The translations under genes and the position numbers were made by a program. From Salpingoeca rosetta (taxonomy: Eukaryota; Protista; Choanoflagellata), in the NCBI GenBank assembly GCA_033442325.1, contig JAWQFM010000025.1, forward strand, positions 871,541-935,540: a stretch of DNA of 64,000 nucleotides. Reading direction: 5' to 3'. The notes under the pieces are model-generated. The model was given only the letters and a program-made list of their open reading frames with translations, was not told the origin of the DNA and did not search any database. Position 1 is the stretch's first letter; every line of letters begins with the position of its first letter. Positions 1-10,900 of this stretch are shown one piece after another.

Positions 1-1
1 A

Positions 2-3000
2 GATGATGTGCGGCGGCTGATGCGCGCGCAACACAGCGCCCCGCTGCCTCCCTTCTCGCCAGCGTGCTGGGCAGACCTGCTCAGCCGCATGGGCCCGCGA
101 AACGAGGACGCACTCGTGCTGCTGCTGCGTGAGTGTGCGGCTGCCTCGCTCCACAGCGGCACCGCAGACGTCCGGGATGGCGTGGATGCTACCGCTCGTG
201 ACAGTGAGCAACAGAGGCTGCAGGTCGTGGCTGCCGTACGAACACTGCGCTCGTGCTTCTGCAGCAGCGGCCACCAATCGCCGCTGTCGCTGGACAATGT
301 TGCCACAGCGCTGCTCAAGCTGGTTGCTGGCCGCCCGAGTTTGGCCCACCGTGCGTTGTCTGCGCAGCAGCAGCCGCAGCCGCCAGGTCACAGCTGGAGC
401 ACGCGGCGCAGTCGCATGTTTGACGTGCTGTGCAGGGGCGTGGCTGACGTGGGTAGTGGCGACACCGGCAGTAGTAACGGCGCCAACGACGACGACGACG
501 ACGGCAATGGCGCCACTGATGGTGGCACCACATCAGCCAACTGCTGGGAGGATTGGGACTTTGAAGAGGATGATGCACCACCGTTGCACTTTGATGAGCT
601 GCAAAACCTCCGCCTCAAGCTCCTTCAGTTCTTGGAGACGCAGTGGCAAAATGAAACGGAAAAGGACGCCACGCACCTGGCGCAATTTGCGCGTCGATTT
701 CTCGCCAAGTTTGACGCCGTGTCCCTGGACCGCTTGCTTGCAGATGCGGAAACGAGTGTCGTGTACACCATGGCTCCACGTGATGGGCGTAACATCGCAT
801 CAGGCGACTCTCGCCACAACACTCACTCAGAGCGTGCCCGTGCAGCCATGCACGTGTACATGGTGGTCTGGGCACTTCGCCCCAGCCGTCGGTTTGTCGT
901 GGACTTGCAAGATCTGGGAGCTGTCAACTGGCGTCTTCTGCGCAACGTGTGTCGGGCACTTGGATTTTCAGAGCGCCTGAAGGGTGTGCTCATCCCGCCG
1001 CTGCTTGGCACCTACCTTGCCACACCAGAAGAGCTCTCCCTGGCCGCGTTCCTCTCCTACGAGCAAGTGGTTGCGCCCTATGAGGAGCGGAACGTGGAGC
1101 AGGAGACGCGCCTTGTTGGCCAACGTGGTGAACGCCCGCTCACCGTCACCGTGTACCAGCAGCGCGTAGACGGCCGTCCCATGTTTGAGAGGGTGGCGAA
1201 GGCGTTTGGACCTGACCTGATTGCGCAGGCCAAATCGGTCGGTGCCGTTGTGTTCTCGGTGGATTCTGGCTGCACCGAAGACATCATGATGATGAACCTT
1301 GGTGCCGTAGCCCAGCTGCTGAGCAAGAGCAGACGCGTGACAATGCAGAACGCATCGGCAGAGACATCCGAGCAGCGGGTTGCTGCAAACCGCCAGTACA
1401 TCATTGACCTCATTCTGGCCTGGTTTGTGATGTTGCGCGTGCCTGCGCGCGAAGCGAAACGCTGTGTTAAGCGCCACCTTGGCAACGACGACTTCGATGA
1501 CAGGTGCACCGACAAAGACTACATGGCACAGCCCGCTCTCATTGCCCCGCCAGGTGTCATTGATGTTCACATGCGCGCGAGCGGCACCTTCCTCGAGCCC
1601 TTTGGTCGGCAGGCGGAGGACCGCGAGTTTACGCTGCGGTACCTGCGTCTGTTCTGTACAGACGAGAACATTGTCTCTCGCGGGGGGCGTGAAGGTGCAG
1701 ATCTGAGTGACGTGGCGAACGCTGCCGCGCTTGCGTTTGGGCGCGCATTTGGTGAGGGTGACCCAACGAGCGAGGACGCAAATGGGCGCGTGCGCATGTT
1801 TATGATGGCTGTACAGGCGTTCTTCATGTTTGGCAAGGACGCACGTGTCCACGCCGAGAAAATGCTCAACAAGTGTATTGATGGCGTTGCATCTTGCCCC
1901 AACCCTCCGGCACCGGCCCCCAACGCACCGGCCCCCGGCCCCAACCCACCGGCACCGGCCCCAACCTGTGCTTGGTTCTTCAGGTGGGCTGTGCGCGCCG
2001 TTGGCTTCACGGACAACCCGACAGAGAGCGACAGGGAAAACCTGCAGCAGAGCGACAGCACCAACCGAAAGATTGTTGCGCACATTTTCCGCCACTACTG
2101 CGACAAGTCACTCACCATGTGCGACACGACCTTCAAGGAGCTCAAGTTCTGTGTGGAGGCGAAGCTGTTTCCCGAATCCGTGCTGAGGGAGGATGACGTC
2201 CAGGCACACCTACTGCTGGCAACAACGACAACCAGCAACGGCAGCCTGCGGGAGCTGTGCCGTCGCAGCCGCGATGGGTCTGTGACTCCCGCCATCGCGC
2301 CCACGAGGGAGCTGCAAGAACCGACGCTACACAGCAGTGCCCTGAATGCACGCAAAGATGACGATGACGATGGAGATGGGGATGGTGATGGCGATGGTGA
2401 TGGTGATGACGACAGCGACAGTGTTCTCACTGATGACGACCTGACGTCATTTTTCTCTGCTGCTGTTGCGTCAGAAGTGAGCGATTCGGACGAAGGACTG
2501 GGCGGTGGCAGTGGTGCAAAGGCGCGCAAACACACGCAGGGCCTTGAAGGCCCCGTTAGCCTCAGCTTCAAGGAGCGGAAGATTGTCATTCGCATGGAAG
2601 ACGTGCTGCATCTGAAGGACAATCTTGTGCCCACGGCCAACCGCACAAGTGCACCTGGCCGCAGCAACAGCAGCGCTACCGCTGACGCCACCGGCAACGC
2701 CAATGACGCAGGCGACAACAACAACGGCACCAACAGCCACGGCGAGCATCATGGCGGCGATGGCGCGACGAGTGCAACCCTGCCGCCTATGTCTGGCGGT
2801 GACGATGGCTTCCGCTTTGGTGCTCTGAACGTGAACATCCAACACGGAGACGGTGGTGTCCTGTGCATGAAGAAAGTGAGCTCGGGCAAGTTGACGTTTG
2901 AGTACAGGGAGATGGCGACACTGCGCTTCTTCCCTCGCTCCGCCTTCTACGGGCCCGATGCCTCGCAAATTCCCGAGAACTACACGCTCCTGCAGACCTT

Positions 3001-6000
3001 TGCCACGCACGAGATGGTGTGGCGGCACATTGCCAAGTTTGCACCTGCAGGGTCTGTTGTTGTCGGCAGTGGCGTCATCCTTGTTCGCAACAAGGAAACA
3101 CACCAGTTTGAGCCCTTGTTCCTGCGCCACCCGAACGCTTTGTCGCTGCGGCAGCGCCTGCTCTTGTTCAACCACCTCTCAGACTACGGCCTGGGCAGTG
3201 AGGTTGCAGCTGCGTTGCGGCTGGTGACGGTGCTTGCCGTGTTGACAGAGCAGACACACCAGCCCACCGATGAACAGCGCCGTGCAAAGACTGTTGATGA
3301 GCTCTACACGGTGCTGTCCTCCTCTGCTCACTTTACGATCGGCAGCCGGGAAAATCGGGAGGAAAAGGACGAAGAACAGCCAGAACAAGAAGGCCGCGAG
3401 TCTGAAGCGTTTGAGACCATCTTCCAGACGTTCCTTGGCTTGATTGGTGAAGACGATGTTCGAGGCCTGATCGACGCAGCCTATGAGCTCCTGCACAAAC
3501 CAGAGCAAGAGCAGTCAACAGCAGCAGAGGCCATGCGCAGAAGCGATGATGATAACGATGACGATGATGATGACGATGTTGGTGTGTTGCCGACCCTGTT
3601 TGATGCGACCAACAACGACGATGATGATGCAGGGCAAAGCCCTGCGCCGCCGTGCGAACAGTTTCTGAGAGACATCATCATGCCCTCCATCACAACCGTC
3701 ACGCAGCGGTTGAGGAAGAGCGAGTCGTATGCGTCCGCAATGGAGCACGCAACAGAGTACACGGATCCCATGCGTTTCCTGTTTCTCCTTCAAGACAACA
3801 CGGGCCGCTCCCGCGACGCTGCAGCAGACCAAGCAGCGCGAAAAGCAAGGCAGCAGTTCCCGGCCATTCCCGAGCAAATGAGCTCTTGCTTGCAAATTCC
3901 AGCAACCACCGCTGCGGTGAGCTTTGCCGGGGCAAACGACAAAGACACGTGTCGGTTCGTGTGGCTGGAGACGCGCAAGGCGAGCTCCGGGCCTTCCACC
4001 ACGCTCGCGTACCTGCTCATGTGGAAGAACGAGACAGGCGAGAACAAGGTGCGCCCAGAAGTGTCGCCAGAGGTGGTGACGTGGCTTGCAAAGGTGCTCG
4101 CTGCACCACTGCCCGCCAGCTTCCGCAAGTGGTTTGTGTGCGCAGCCCTCCTGCGCCACCCACAGCCGCCACCGCGGGTAAACCCCAACGAGTACCTCAG
4201 TCGGTTCATCACGTGCTTTTCGCTGGCAGACACCTGCCCCGATGATACTACCAGAAGCATGCTGCTGTCGCAGTTTGAGCTGCCACACCCCCTGCCCCAA
4301 TTCTTTGGGCACGTGAGCGAGGTGTATGGCGTGTACAACGTGCACGCGCGTGTGCTGGCCATCCTGCGCAAGCGACTGCGGGTGCCGCTCAAGGAAATCA
4401 ACAAGCAGGACCTGCGTGCCCGCGGCATTGTGACAAAGGACCACATCTTCGCCACCATTGTGGACGCCTTTGACGAGCGGACCGTGATTGTGTATGTGCG
4501 TGGCTTCAAGACCATCGACGACCTGCTGTTCAAGTGGTGTGCGGAGTACACAAAGGCCATGCCATTCCACTACATCTTCTTCGAACAGCTCGACATGTCA
4601 CGCAACTTCTGTGAGAACAGGGACAGGTGCAACATGTCCCTGTACCGCCCGCTCACCCTGGAAGAGCTGCAGATCCTCGGGTCCTCCGAAGCCGAATCAG
4701 GTACAGACACCACTGCAAGCACCGCCGTTACCAGCAGCACCGGCGGCGCCCGCGGCGTTGCTGGCCTTGCAGGCGTTGCTGCAATGGTCGATCAGCCACT
4801 CGCCAACGCAACCACTGACGGCAGCGGTGGCGGTCTGGGGCATCACCACCACCAGCAGCCACAGCAGCAGCAACAGCAGCAGCAGCCGCCACAAATGCAG
4901 CAGCAGCAGGCCCGACGTCACCATCACCGTCGTGGCGCGACGCAGTCGTTCCTGCAGGGGCAAGCAGCGCAGCTCAGCATTGAGAAGATTGAGTACAAGT
5001 CAACACAGCGCATGTGGGACAAACCCACCCTGGATGAGGTGGAGGCGGAAGAAGTGGCACTCCCGTACACGAGTGTGGCTGGAGACTGGAAGTACGAAAT
5101 TCGTCAATGGCTGGAACGTTCCCACGATCCACAACAGCAGGCGGGCGGCCACAGCAACTTGCACGCGCGTGTCATCTTCTCTCCTCCGGGCGCAGGGAAA
5201 ACGCGCTTCATGGAGAAAGTGATGATGAAACGGGCCAAGAACCTAGGGTTTGAGTGGCAGTACTTTGACTGCTCAAACAGCCGCCTTGTGGAGGAAAACC
5301 TGACGTCCTTGCTGGAGGAGGTGTGCAGCAACAGCAGCCGCAAGACATTTCTGGTTGTGGACGAGTTTCACATGCTCACGCGCGCGCAGAAGCGCGAGGT
5401 GTTTGAGTACCTGCTGCGGCGCCAGCAACGCATGTACACTGTGGTCATTGGCAACCGCAAGGAGAAGGAGGACGACGACTTGAAGCAGATGTGGGAGGAC
5501 GCGAAGGTGGACGTCAAGATGTTTGCGTGCCGCCTCCCCGTTTCGGACTTGTGCACGCTGCTGAGACAAGAAGAAAAGCTTCCCACGCTTGCGCAGGCAG
5601 ACACAAGTAAGGGCAAGGATGCTGGGAAACAGGATGCGCTGACGCACCTGATGTGGTGGTACGGTGCCAGTCGCGCGCTCTTCTCAGATGACGTGCTGAC
5701 ATTCCGCAACCGCAAGGCCGCCTTCGATGCCATCAGTGGAGCGAGTGAAAAGAGGCTGGATACCGTGCTGCTGTCTAAAGCACAGGCACTGGGCCCGCTC
5801 ATGTGCGAGCGCATGACGCACTTTGTGAAGCAGTTTTACGAGCAGTTTGGAGACAAGCCGCTCGCAGAGTCACTGGCGGGTCTGCTGGACGAGACAGACG
5901 GGGACCCGTTTGCCCTGCTCACGCGCGCAGGCGTTGCATCGTACCTGTTTATGAAGCTGAAGATGGAGCAACACGAGCAGCAAGGAGGTCAGGGCAATGG

Positions 6001-9000
6001 CGAAGAAGAAGGAAAGGGAGAGCCCAGTGGAGCGCCTGCTCGTGCTCCCAATGCCAGCGATGGTGCTGGTGATGACACTTCGGCAGCCAGCAACGGGAGC
6101 GCAGCAGCACAGCCAAACAAAGGCGGCGACGGCCAGTCCGACCCCATCATGGAGGGAAAACAGAAAGGCAATGAGCTTGACGAGTACCTGCTGCTGTCTT
6201 TCCCCGAGTACTGCCGCAAGCTTCCGGAGAGCCACACCATCCCGCCCATCGTGCGACTGTCGCTCTGGTGCCGCTGTGTTTTCCAGGAGTGCCTGGCCCT
6301 GTTGCACACGATTGGGCTGAACCCACGGGCCAACACCAACGATCGCCCCACCAACGCCAGCAGCGCCGTGGCAAGCACATCCATACCACAACACGTGGCG
6401 AGCACAGCGTGCTTGCAACTGTTGTGCGTGATCGACCAGCCCGACTTCCCCCTCGTCACGGGGCTTGCCTCTGAGGTGCAGCCGCTGGGCGAGGGGCGTG
6501 CCTTCTCCGAGGGCGGCGACTACGCTGATTTGGAGTGGATTCGTGTCAGCCTGCAGAAGAACGCGGCCATCAGCTGGGCGCGTGCTAAACGCGTTTGGAA
6601 GCAGCATTTCATCAGCGACATTGTGGGCATCACGCGCCTCCTCAACGAAGCGCCAGACCCGTACAGCGTGGTCAAGGCTTTGGACCCGGGCAACCTGTGC
6701 GCCCTCATGCGCGCCAACATCCAGTTCAAGACGTGCGAGGAGCTGTGCAAGGCTGTGATTCACGTCGTGCTGGAATACGGGCCGAGCCTCAACGATTCTG
6801 TCAGTGGTGCCACTGGGGATGGCAGTGGTGGTAGTGGTAGTGGTAGCAGTGGTGGCTCCTCCTCATCAAGCGCGGACACCGTTGACGCAGGAGACGGAGG
6901 CAGCGATGCAGCAGTCGACACGACGTTCAAACTTGATGCACAGAGCCCCATTTTCTTGGCGGTGTGGATTCTGTTTGACAAGCAGAAGGACGTGGAGGCG
7001 GACTTGTTAGCGCGCCTGACGAAGAAGACGGGGCGAGACACGGCGCAAGCAACCGCAGCCTTCACGCACAAGTGGGAGCAAGTGGTTGCGCGCACGCTCG
7101 TATGGGCTGCGATGTTCAGCAGCATCAAGCCTACCGCGCAGGGTAGCCCGGAGCAGGCCACCAACAATCTGCGCGCCGCTTTGCTGCAGGCCTCGTCACA
7201 GATCATCAGCACGAGCAGCGCACACACGGCAACGACTCGCCTCAACGCGCTGTGGGGACACAGGTTTGCACAGTTGCTGCCGCAGGACCCAGGCCTCCTG
7301 CGCAACAACAAGGCACTCGTGTTTGCGCTTGCAGGAACCACGGGCAAGCTGCCCGCGGAATGGCCAACCATCATCACGCTCATTCGACGCGTCATGGATG
7401 AGACTGCGCGGGAGATTGACGTTGTCACAATCAACGACCACCCCTTCTTCGGTGGCAGTGCAGATAGCAGTCGCAGCGGTAGCAGCAGCACACGCACACA
7501 GCGCGTACCATTCCCGCTGGTCGAGCTGCCACCTGAGACGCCCGGACGGCGAGAGGAAGAGCTGTTTGTGCGCGGGCTCCTCTCACCGAAGCTCAACTTC
7601 CACCTCCCTGTACGCATCCAGGACGCCCTCATTCGCGCAGAGCCAGCCAGCCTGGGATGTGCGTTTGACGTTGTGCCGATTCCGCTCAACTTGGAGTACA
7701 TGTCGCACAAATTCAAGCTATGCATGCTCACGCTGGCAACGTCTGACGACATTGAGTGTGGGCCGCTGAAGAGCGAGCTTCGAAGCCGGTATTACACCCT
7801 CCACGGTGCAAAGAGCCTGGCCGCCAAGCGGGAGGCAGTCAAGTCGGTGCAGCAGCAGCGGCGCAAGCAGGCAGACAAGCAACTGAAGGAGGACATGGAG
7901 CACATGTATCGCATCCTGGACGTGAAGGAAGCAGACATCCTTCAATACTACAACCGTCGCTTGGGCGAGCACTCGCTTAAGGCGCTTTCCGAGGGCAAGG
8001 TGGAGGTCGACAAGTACAAGAACCCGCGGGGTGGGCAGTTTGACCTGGCGTGCGACGGCGCGTTTGCCAACCATCATGTCCTCATTGGCAACTTCTTCAG
8101 AGCACGCATCGAATTTGTGCCGTGCCAATTCAAGAGAGCGTGGTCCGGCCGACGCAGGGACTTGTCTGCTCATCTCGGCCTGGAGCATCACGAGCTTCGT
8201 GACCACGAAGGTCAATTGTACGTGGCTGCGGGAAAGGCTGAGGCCGTGCGCACCCACAGAGACGTGCGGCACGTGGGTGGTGACAATGACAAGGTGGTGC
8301 TTGACGAGCTGCCGGAAGACATGCTGCGTGACAACGTCAAGGATTTCATGCAACGGAAGGGGTTTGCGTTCAGCATCGTGGGCAGCGAGCGTGAGTTCTG
8401 TCGCGAGCTTCACTCCAAGCGATACGATGTTGCGTGGGTGATCTCTGGCGCAGCTGGCGACGCCTACTACATGGAGGCGCACGGGCGCCCTGACGCAGTT
8501 GAGCAGTGGAAGAGCGATGTGATGGATGTGGCAAAGGCGTGTGCCCAGTTCCACCAGCGTGGCGGCGGACTGTTCCTGCTGGGCGAGAACGACCCCTTCC
8601 ACGTGCACGTGAACACCATTCTTGCATACTGCGGTGACAGCATGCGTGTGACAGACAACATTCCCGGCGGGAACTTCATTGTGCGCGACAGGTACTACCA
8701 GGGCACGCCAGGCGACACCGTCTTGTCCAAGCAGTCGAATGGCAGGCTTGACAGCCGCCACCCCATCACCACTGGTCTGGTGACGCTGTTTGAAGGCGTC
8801 ACCATCTGCTACCCGACAACAGAGTCCCGGGACGGGTCTTGGCGCACCGTTGCGAGCGGAGGCTTTGCAAAGGCCGACACCAGCCACAGACGCGTGCCCG
8901 TTGTGCTTGCACGCGACGGCGAGCGCCGGGGCTGCGGCCGCATTGCCGTCGACACGGGCTTCACCAAGATGTGGGTGAACTGGGACGTCGGTGGCACCGA

Positions 9001-9769
9001 TCGCTACGTTATGAACACGACAAGCTGGCTCGTGGGCACAGACCTGCGACTGAGAAAGTCGAAGACGAACGTTGCTGCGCTCCCTGGTGCTGCAAGTGGC
9101 TCCCACAACCACAACCACGCGCAAACTGCACGCGCGTTCTTGGACAAGGCTGTCCGGGAGGCGGCACCACCGGGCGTTGATCTGGTCTGCATCGTGGACT
9201 TGTCAGGCAGCATGTCGGGTTACTTCCAGCAGCTGTGTGACTTCTTGCACCAAATGATGGAGACGTTTGAAGTTGGTGTCGGTGCTTCTCGCAACCGGAT
9301 GGCCATCATCGGCTTTGGGACACACTCACGCATCGACACGTGGCTGACAAACGACCAGTCAACGTTGTCGCGCTGCATCAGGTCTCTCGATTGTCGTGGT
9401 GGTACACTGTTCCAACCTCCACTGCGTCAAGCATTGGATGCGTTGAGGCGGGACCAGAGTGACTACGCAACACATAACCGCCGCATTCTCATGTTCCAGA
9501 CAGACGGGATGAATGGAGACGCTGGCCCTGGTGTTGGGCAGCTTTCGCGCCAGATTGTTGACGGTTGCAACACCACAAGCTACGGCATTGTCGTCGGTGA
9601 TCGGAACGCCATGGACCGCGTGCGTGATATCTGTGGGCCTGCAGGCAGGTACGACAGCGAGAACCGCTCGCGTGGTGCGCACAGCGACTACATTCTGTTC
9701 ATCAACGATTACGAGGTCCTGCGGCGCGAAGCCGGAAACATTGCCCGCCAACTCCAAAGCGCCGCCTGA
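2..9769 (+). CDS. Gene A: giant P-loop NTPase (>3250 aa, 5'-partial) with C-terminal GATase/GIFT-like domain and vWA (MIDAS) domain
   Basis: One uninterrupted ORF, open at the window edge (codons GAT GAT GTG, no upstream stop), ending at TGA 9767-9769. Walker A SPPGAGKT at 5180-5203, Walker B FLVVDEFH at 5348-5371, sensor-like VVIGNR. vWA MIDAS DLSGS at 9197-9211, plus GGT and FQTDG. Collinear motif similarity to gene C. Confidence 0.88.
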   Translation, partial: DDVRRLMRAQHSAPLPPFSPACWADLLSRMGPRNEDALVLLLRECAAASLHSGTADVRDGVDATARDSEQQRLQVVAAVRTLRSCFCSSGHQSPLSLDNVATALLKLVAGRPSLAHRALSAQQQPQPPGHSWSTRRSRMFDVLCRGVADVGSGDTGSSNGANDDDDDGNGATDGGTTSANCWEDWDFEEDDAPPLHFDELQNLRLKLLQFLETQWQNETEKDATHLAQFARRFLAKFDAVSLDRLLADAETSVVYTMAPRDGRNIASGDSRHNTHSERARAAMHVYMVVWALRPSRRFVVDLQDLGAVNWRLLRNVCRALGFSERLKGVLIPPLLGTYLATPEELSLAAFLSYEQVVAPYEERNVEQETRLVGQRGERPLTVTVYQQRVDGRPMFERVAKAFGPDLIAQAKSVGAVVFSVDSGCTEDIMMMNLGAVAQLLSKSRRVTMQNASAETSEQRVAANRQYIIDLILAWFVMLRVPAREAKRCVKRHLGNDDFDDRCTDKDYMAQPALIAPPGVIDVHMRASGTFLEPFGRQAEDREFTLRYLRLFCTDENIVSRGGREGADLSDVANAAALAFGRAFGEGDPTSEDANGRVRMFMMAVQAFFMFGKDARVHAEKMLNKCIDGVASCPNPPAPAPNAPAPGPNPPAPAPTCAWFFRWAVRAVGFTDNPTESDRENLQQSDSTNRKIVAHIFRHYCDKSLTMCDTTFKELKFCVEAKLFPESVLREDDVQAHLLLATTTTSNGSLRELCRRSRDGSVTPAIAPTRELQEPTLHSSALNARKDDDDDGDGDGDGDGDGDDDSDSVLTDDDLTSFFSAAVASEVSDSDEGLGGGSGAKARKHTQGLEGPVSLSFKERKIVIRMEDVLHLKDNLVPTANRTSAPGRSNSSATADATGNANDAGDNNNGTNSHGEHHGGDGATSATLPPMSGGDDGFRFGALNVNIQHGDGGVLCMKKVSSGKLTFEYREMATLRFFPRSAFYGPDASQIPENYTLLQTFATHEMVWRHIAKFAPAGSVVVGSGVILVRNKETHQFEPLFLRHPNALSLRQRLLLFNHLSDYGLGSEVAAALRLVTVLAVLTEQTHQPTDEQRRAKTVDELYTVLSSSAHFTIGSRENREEKDEEQPEQEGRESEAFETIFQTFLGLIGEDDVRGLIDAAYELLHKPEQEQSTAAEAMRRSDDDNDDDDDDDVGVLPTLFDATNNDDDDAGQSPAPPCEQFLRDIIMPSITTVTQRLRKSESYASAMEHATEYTDPMRFLFLLQDNTGRSRDAAADQAARKARQQFPAIPEQMSSCLQIPATTAAVSFAGANDKDTCRFVWLETRKASSGPSTTLAYLLMWKNETGENKVRPEVSPEVVTWLAKVLAAPLPASFRKWFVCAALLRHPQPPPRVNPNEYLSRFITCFSLADTCPDDTTRSMLLSQFELPHPLPQFFGHVSEVYGVYNVHARVLAILRKRLRVPLKEINKQDLRARGIVTKDHIFATIVDAFDERTVIVYVRGFKTIDDLLFKWCAEYTKAMPFHYIFFEQLDMSRNFCENRDRCNMSLYRPLTLEELQILGSSEAESGTDTTASTAVTSSTGGARGVAGLAGVAAMVDQPLANATTDGSGGGLGHHHHQQPQQQQQQQQPPQMQQQQARRHHHRRGATQSFLQGQAAQLSIEKIEYKSTQRMWDKPTLDEVEAEEVALPYTSVAGDWKYEIRQWLERSHDPQQQAGGHSNLHARVIFSPPGAGKTRFMEKVMMKRAKNLGFEWQYFDCSNSRLVEENLTSLLEEVCSNSSRKTFLVVDEFHMLTRAQKREVFEYLLRRQQRMYTVVIGNRKEKEDDDLKQMWEDAKVDVKMFACRLPVSDLCTLLRQEEKLPTLAQADTSKGKDAGKQDALTHLMWWYGASRALFSDDVLTFRNRKAAFDAISGASEKRLDTVLLSKAQALGPLMCERMTHFVKQFYEQFGDKPLAESLAGLLDETDGDPFALLTRAGVASYLFMKLKMEQHEQQGGQGNGEEEGKGEPSGAPARAPNASDGAGDDTSAASNGSAAAQPNKGGDGQSDPIMEGKQKGNELDEYLLLSFPEYCRKLPESHTIPPIVRLSLWCRCVFQECLALLHTIGLNPRANTNDRPTNASSAVASTSIPQHVASTACLQLLCVIDQPDFPLVTGLASEVQPLGEGRAFSEGGDYADLEWIRVSLQKNAAISWARAKRVWKQHFISDIVGITRLLNEAPDPYSVVKALDPGNLCALMRANIQFKTCEELCKAVIHVVLEYGPSLNDSVSGATGDGSGGSGSGSSGGSSSSSADTVDAGDGGSDAAVDTTFKLDAQSPIFLAVWILFDKQKDVEADLLARLTKKTGRDTAQATAAFTHKWEQVVARTLVWAAMFSSIKPTAQGSPEQATNNLRAALLQASSQIISTSSAHTATTRLNALWGHRFAQLLPQDPGLLRNNKALVFALAGTTGKLPAEWPTIITLIRRVMDETAREIDVVTINDHPFFGGSADSSRSGSSSTRTQRVPFPLVELPPETPGRREEELFVRGLLSPKLNFHLPVRIQDALIRAEPASLGCAFDVVPIPLNLEYMSHKFKLCMLTLATSDDIECGPLKSELRSRYYTLHGAKSLAAKREAVKSVQQQRRKQADKQLKEDMEHMYRILDVKEADILQYYNRRLGEHSLKALSEGKVEVDKYKNPRGGQFDLACDGAFANHHVLIGNFFRARIEFVPCQFKRAWSGRRRDLSAHLGLEHHELRDHEGQLYVAAGKAEAVRTHRDVRHVGGDNDKVVLDELPEDMLRDNVKDFMQRKGFAFSIVGSEREFCRELHSKRYDVAWVISGAAGDAYYMEAHGRPDAVEQWKSDVMDVAKACAQFHQRGGGLFLLGENDPFHVHVNTILAYCGDSMRVTDNIPGGNFIVRDRYYQGTPGDTVLSKQSNGRLDSRHPITTGLVTLFEGVTICYPTTESRDGSWRTVASGGFAKADTSHRRVPVVLARDGERRGCGRIAVDTGFTKMWVNWDVGGTDRYVMNTTSWLVGTDLRLRKSKTNVAALPGAASGSHNHNHAQTARAFLDKAVREAAPPGVDLVCIVDLSGSMSGYFQQLCDFLHQMMETFEVGVGASRNRMAIIGFGTHSRIDTWLTNDQSTLSRCIRSLDCRGGTLFQPPLRQALDALRRDQSDYATHNRRILMFQTDGMNGDAGPGVGQLSRQIVDGCNTTSYGIVVGDRNAMDRVRDICGPAGRYDSENRSRGAHSDYILFINDYEVLRREAGNIARQLQSAA
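1897..1966 (+). repeat. Imperfect coding repeat PNPPAPAP-NAPAPG-PNPPAPAP in gene A
   Basis: Recurring ccccaac...ccggcaccggc units. Confidence 0.8.
8000..9040 (+). other. Class I glutamine amidotransferase-like (GIFT/DUF4350-type) domain in gene A, probably non-catalytic
   Basis: Pattern YDVAWVISG ... FHQRGGGLFLLGENDPF ... HPITTGL ... GRIAVDTGF ... YVMNTTSWL fits the flavodoxin-like GATase/GIFT fold. There is no Cys at the nucleophile-elbow position. Assigned by eye. Confidence 0.6.
9176..9745 (+). other. von Willebrand factor A domain with intact MIDAS in gene A
   Basis: VDLVCIVDLSGSM ... RMAIIGFG ... RGGTLFQPPLRQAL ... ILMFQTDG ... YGIVVG gives the canonical DxSxS..T..D motif. Confidence 0.93.
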
Positions 9770-10411
9770 GCGTGTTTGCGCGATTGCGTGCGTGTGTGTG
9801 TGTGTGTGAGTGAAGTTGTGTGTGCTTGTGTTTGTGGTTGCGGGAACGTGTGAATGAAATTGTTGTCTGGTTGCGTGTATTTGTTTGCGTTGTGCGTGTG
9901 CGTGCATGTCTGATTGTGCGTTTTTTGTGCGAACAGGCACATGAGGGTGCGAGAATGAGAGCTATGGGATGTGCCTGTTGTGTGTGCTTTTGGTTTCAAT
10001 GTGCGGGTGCAGCTGCCCCTTGTCTTTTCTGCGATGTTGCGCGTTGCTTGCAACCCTCTGTTGCCTTTCTCTGTGTGTTCATCTTGCTTTAGCCTCTGCC
10101 TGATTCCGTTCATTCTTCATTGGCACTGTTCCGTTTACAACATCACTGTACCATCCCACCACGACTCGTCAACGCCACAAACCAGACACAGAGAGAGGGA
10201 GAGAGAGGGGGGGGGGTATGGCTGGACAGAAAAGGCAGGTAGGCAGACAAAAGCACAAAATGGCACTGAACGCACAATCGCACTTGAAACGCAAACACAC
10301 ACACACACGGACAGACAGAAAGTACTCACAGAAAGTGCACAAACACACGGACAGACAGACAGACAGAAAGTACTCACAGACAGACAGACAGACAGACACA
10401 CACACACATGG

Positions 10412-10900
10412 CTATTGCTTGAGCACGAGCACAGCACGCACGAGTGCGTGCGACTCCTGCGAAATCATAATCTCGCCAGCAGGCACGTTGGTGTCCTCGT
10501 TCCAGTCCCACTCGCTGTGCGAGCCAAACGGCTGTGCTTCGCCACTGAAGTTTACCACAGCCACATGTGCGTCATGGCCCGGTTTCAGACCCTGTCCCAT
10601 CAGGGTCATGTCTGTCACGGGGTACGGGTTGGCGTACACGAGATCACATACGAGCACAACGCGGTATGTGCCATTAGCGAGGTTGAGATTCTCCAAGTCC
10701 GATGGTGGCAGGCGACCATCCTGCCTGTTGATGATGCAAGGCTCGGCGTACTCAAGCGCGTAGTGCAAGTTGGGGGTGAAGTATATGCCGGTGCCAAAGA
10801 ACCCGCTGTCCCGCGTGCGCAACTGGGCAAAGCCGCCAGCAACGATGCCAACAGCAGCGTCAAAGGTCTTGACGCCATGAAACACGCGCTGAATGCGGAT
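10412..10900 (-). other. PARP-like H-Y-E clade ADP-ribosyltransferase domain (terminal exon of gene B)
   Basis: RVFHG (His 10877-10879), GFFGTGIYFTPNLHYALEYA, VVLVCDLVYANP, GHDAH, AGEIMISQ (Glu 10472-10474). Confidence 0.85.

Noticed and set aside
10300-10405. Short direct duplication (cacacggacagacag..aaagtactcacaga) between convergent genes A and B
   Set aside because: Only two copies within a GACA/CA microsatellite in 3' UTR territory. Slippage product, not a CRISPR array or element end.
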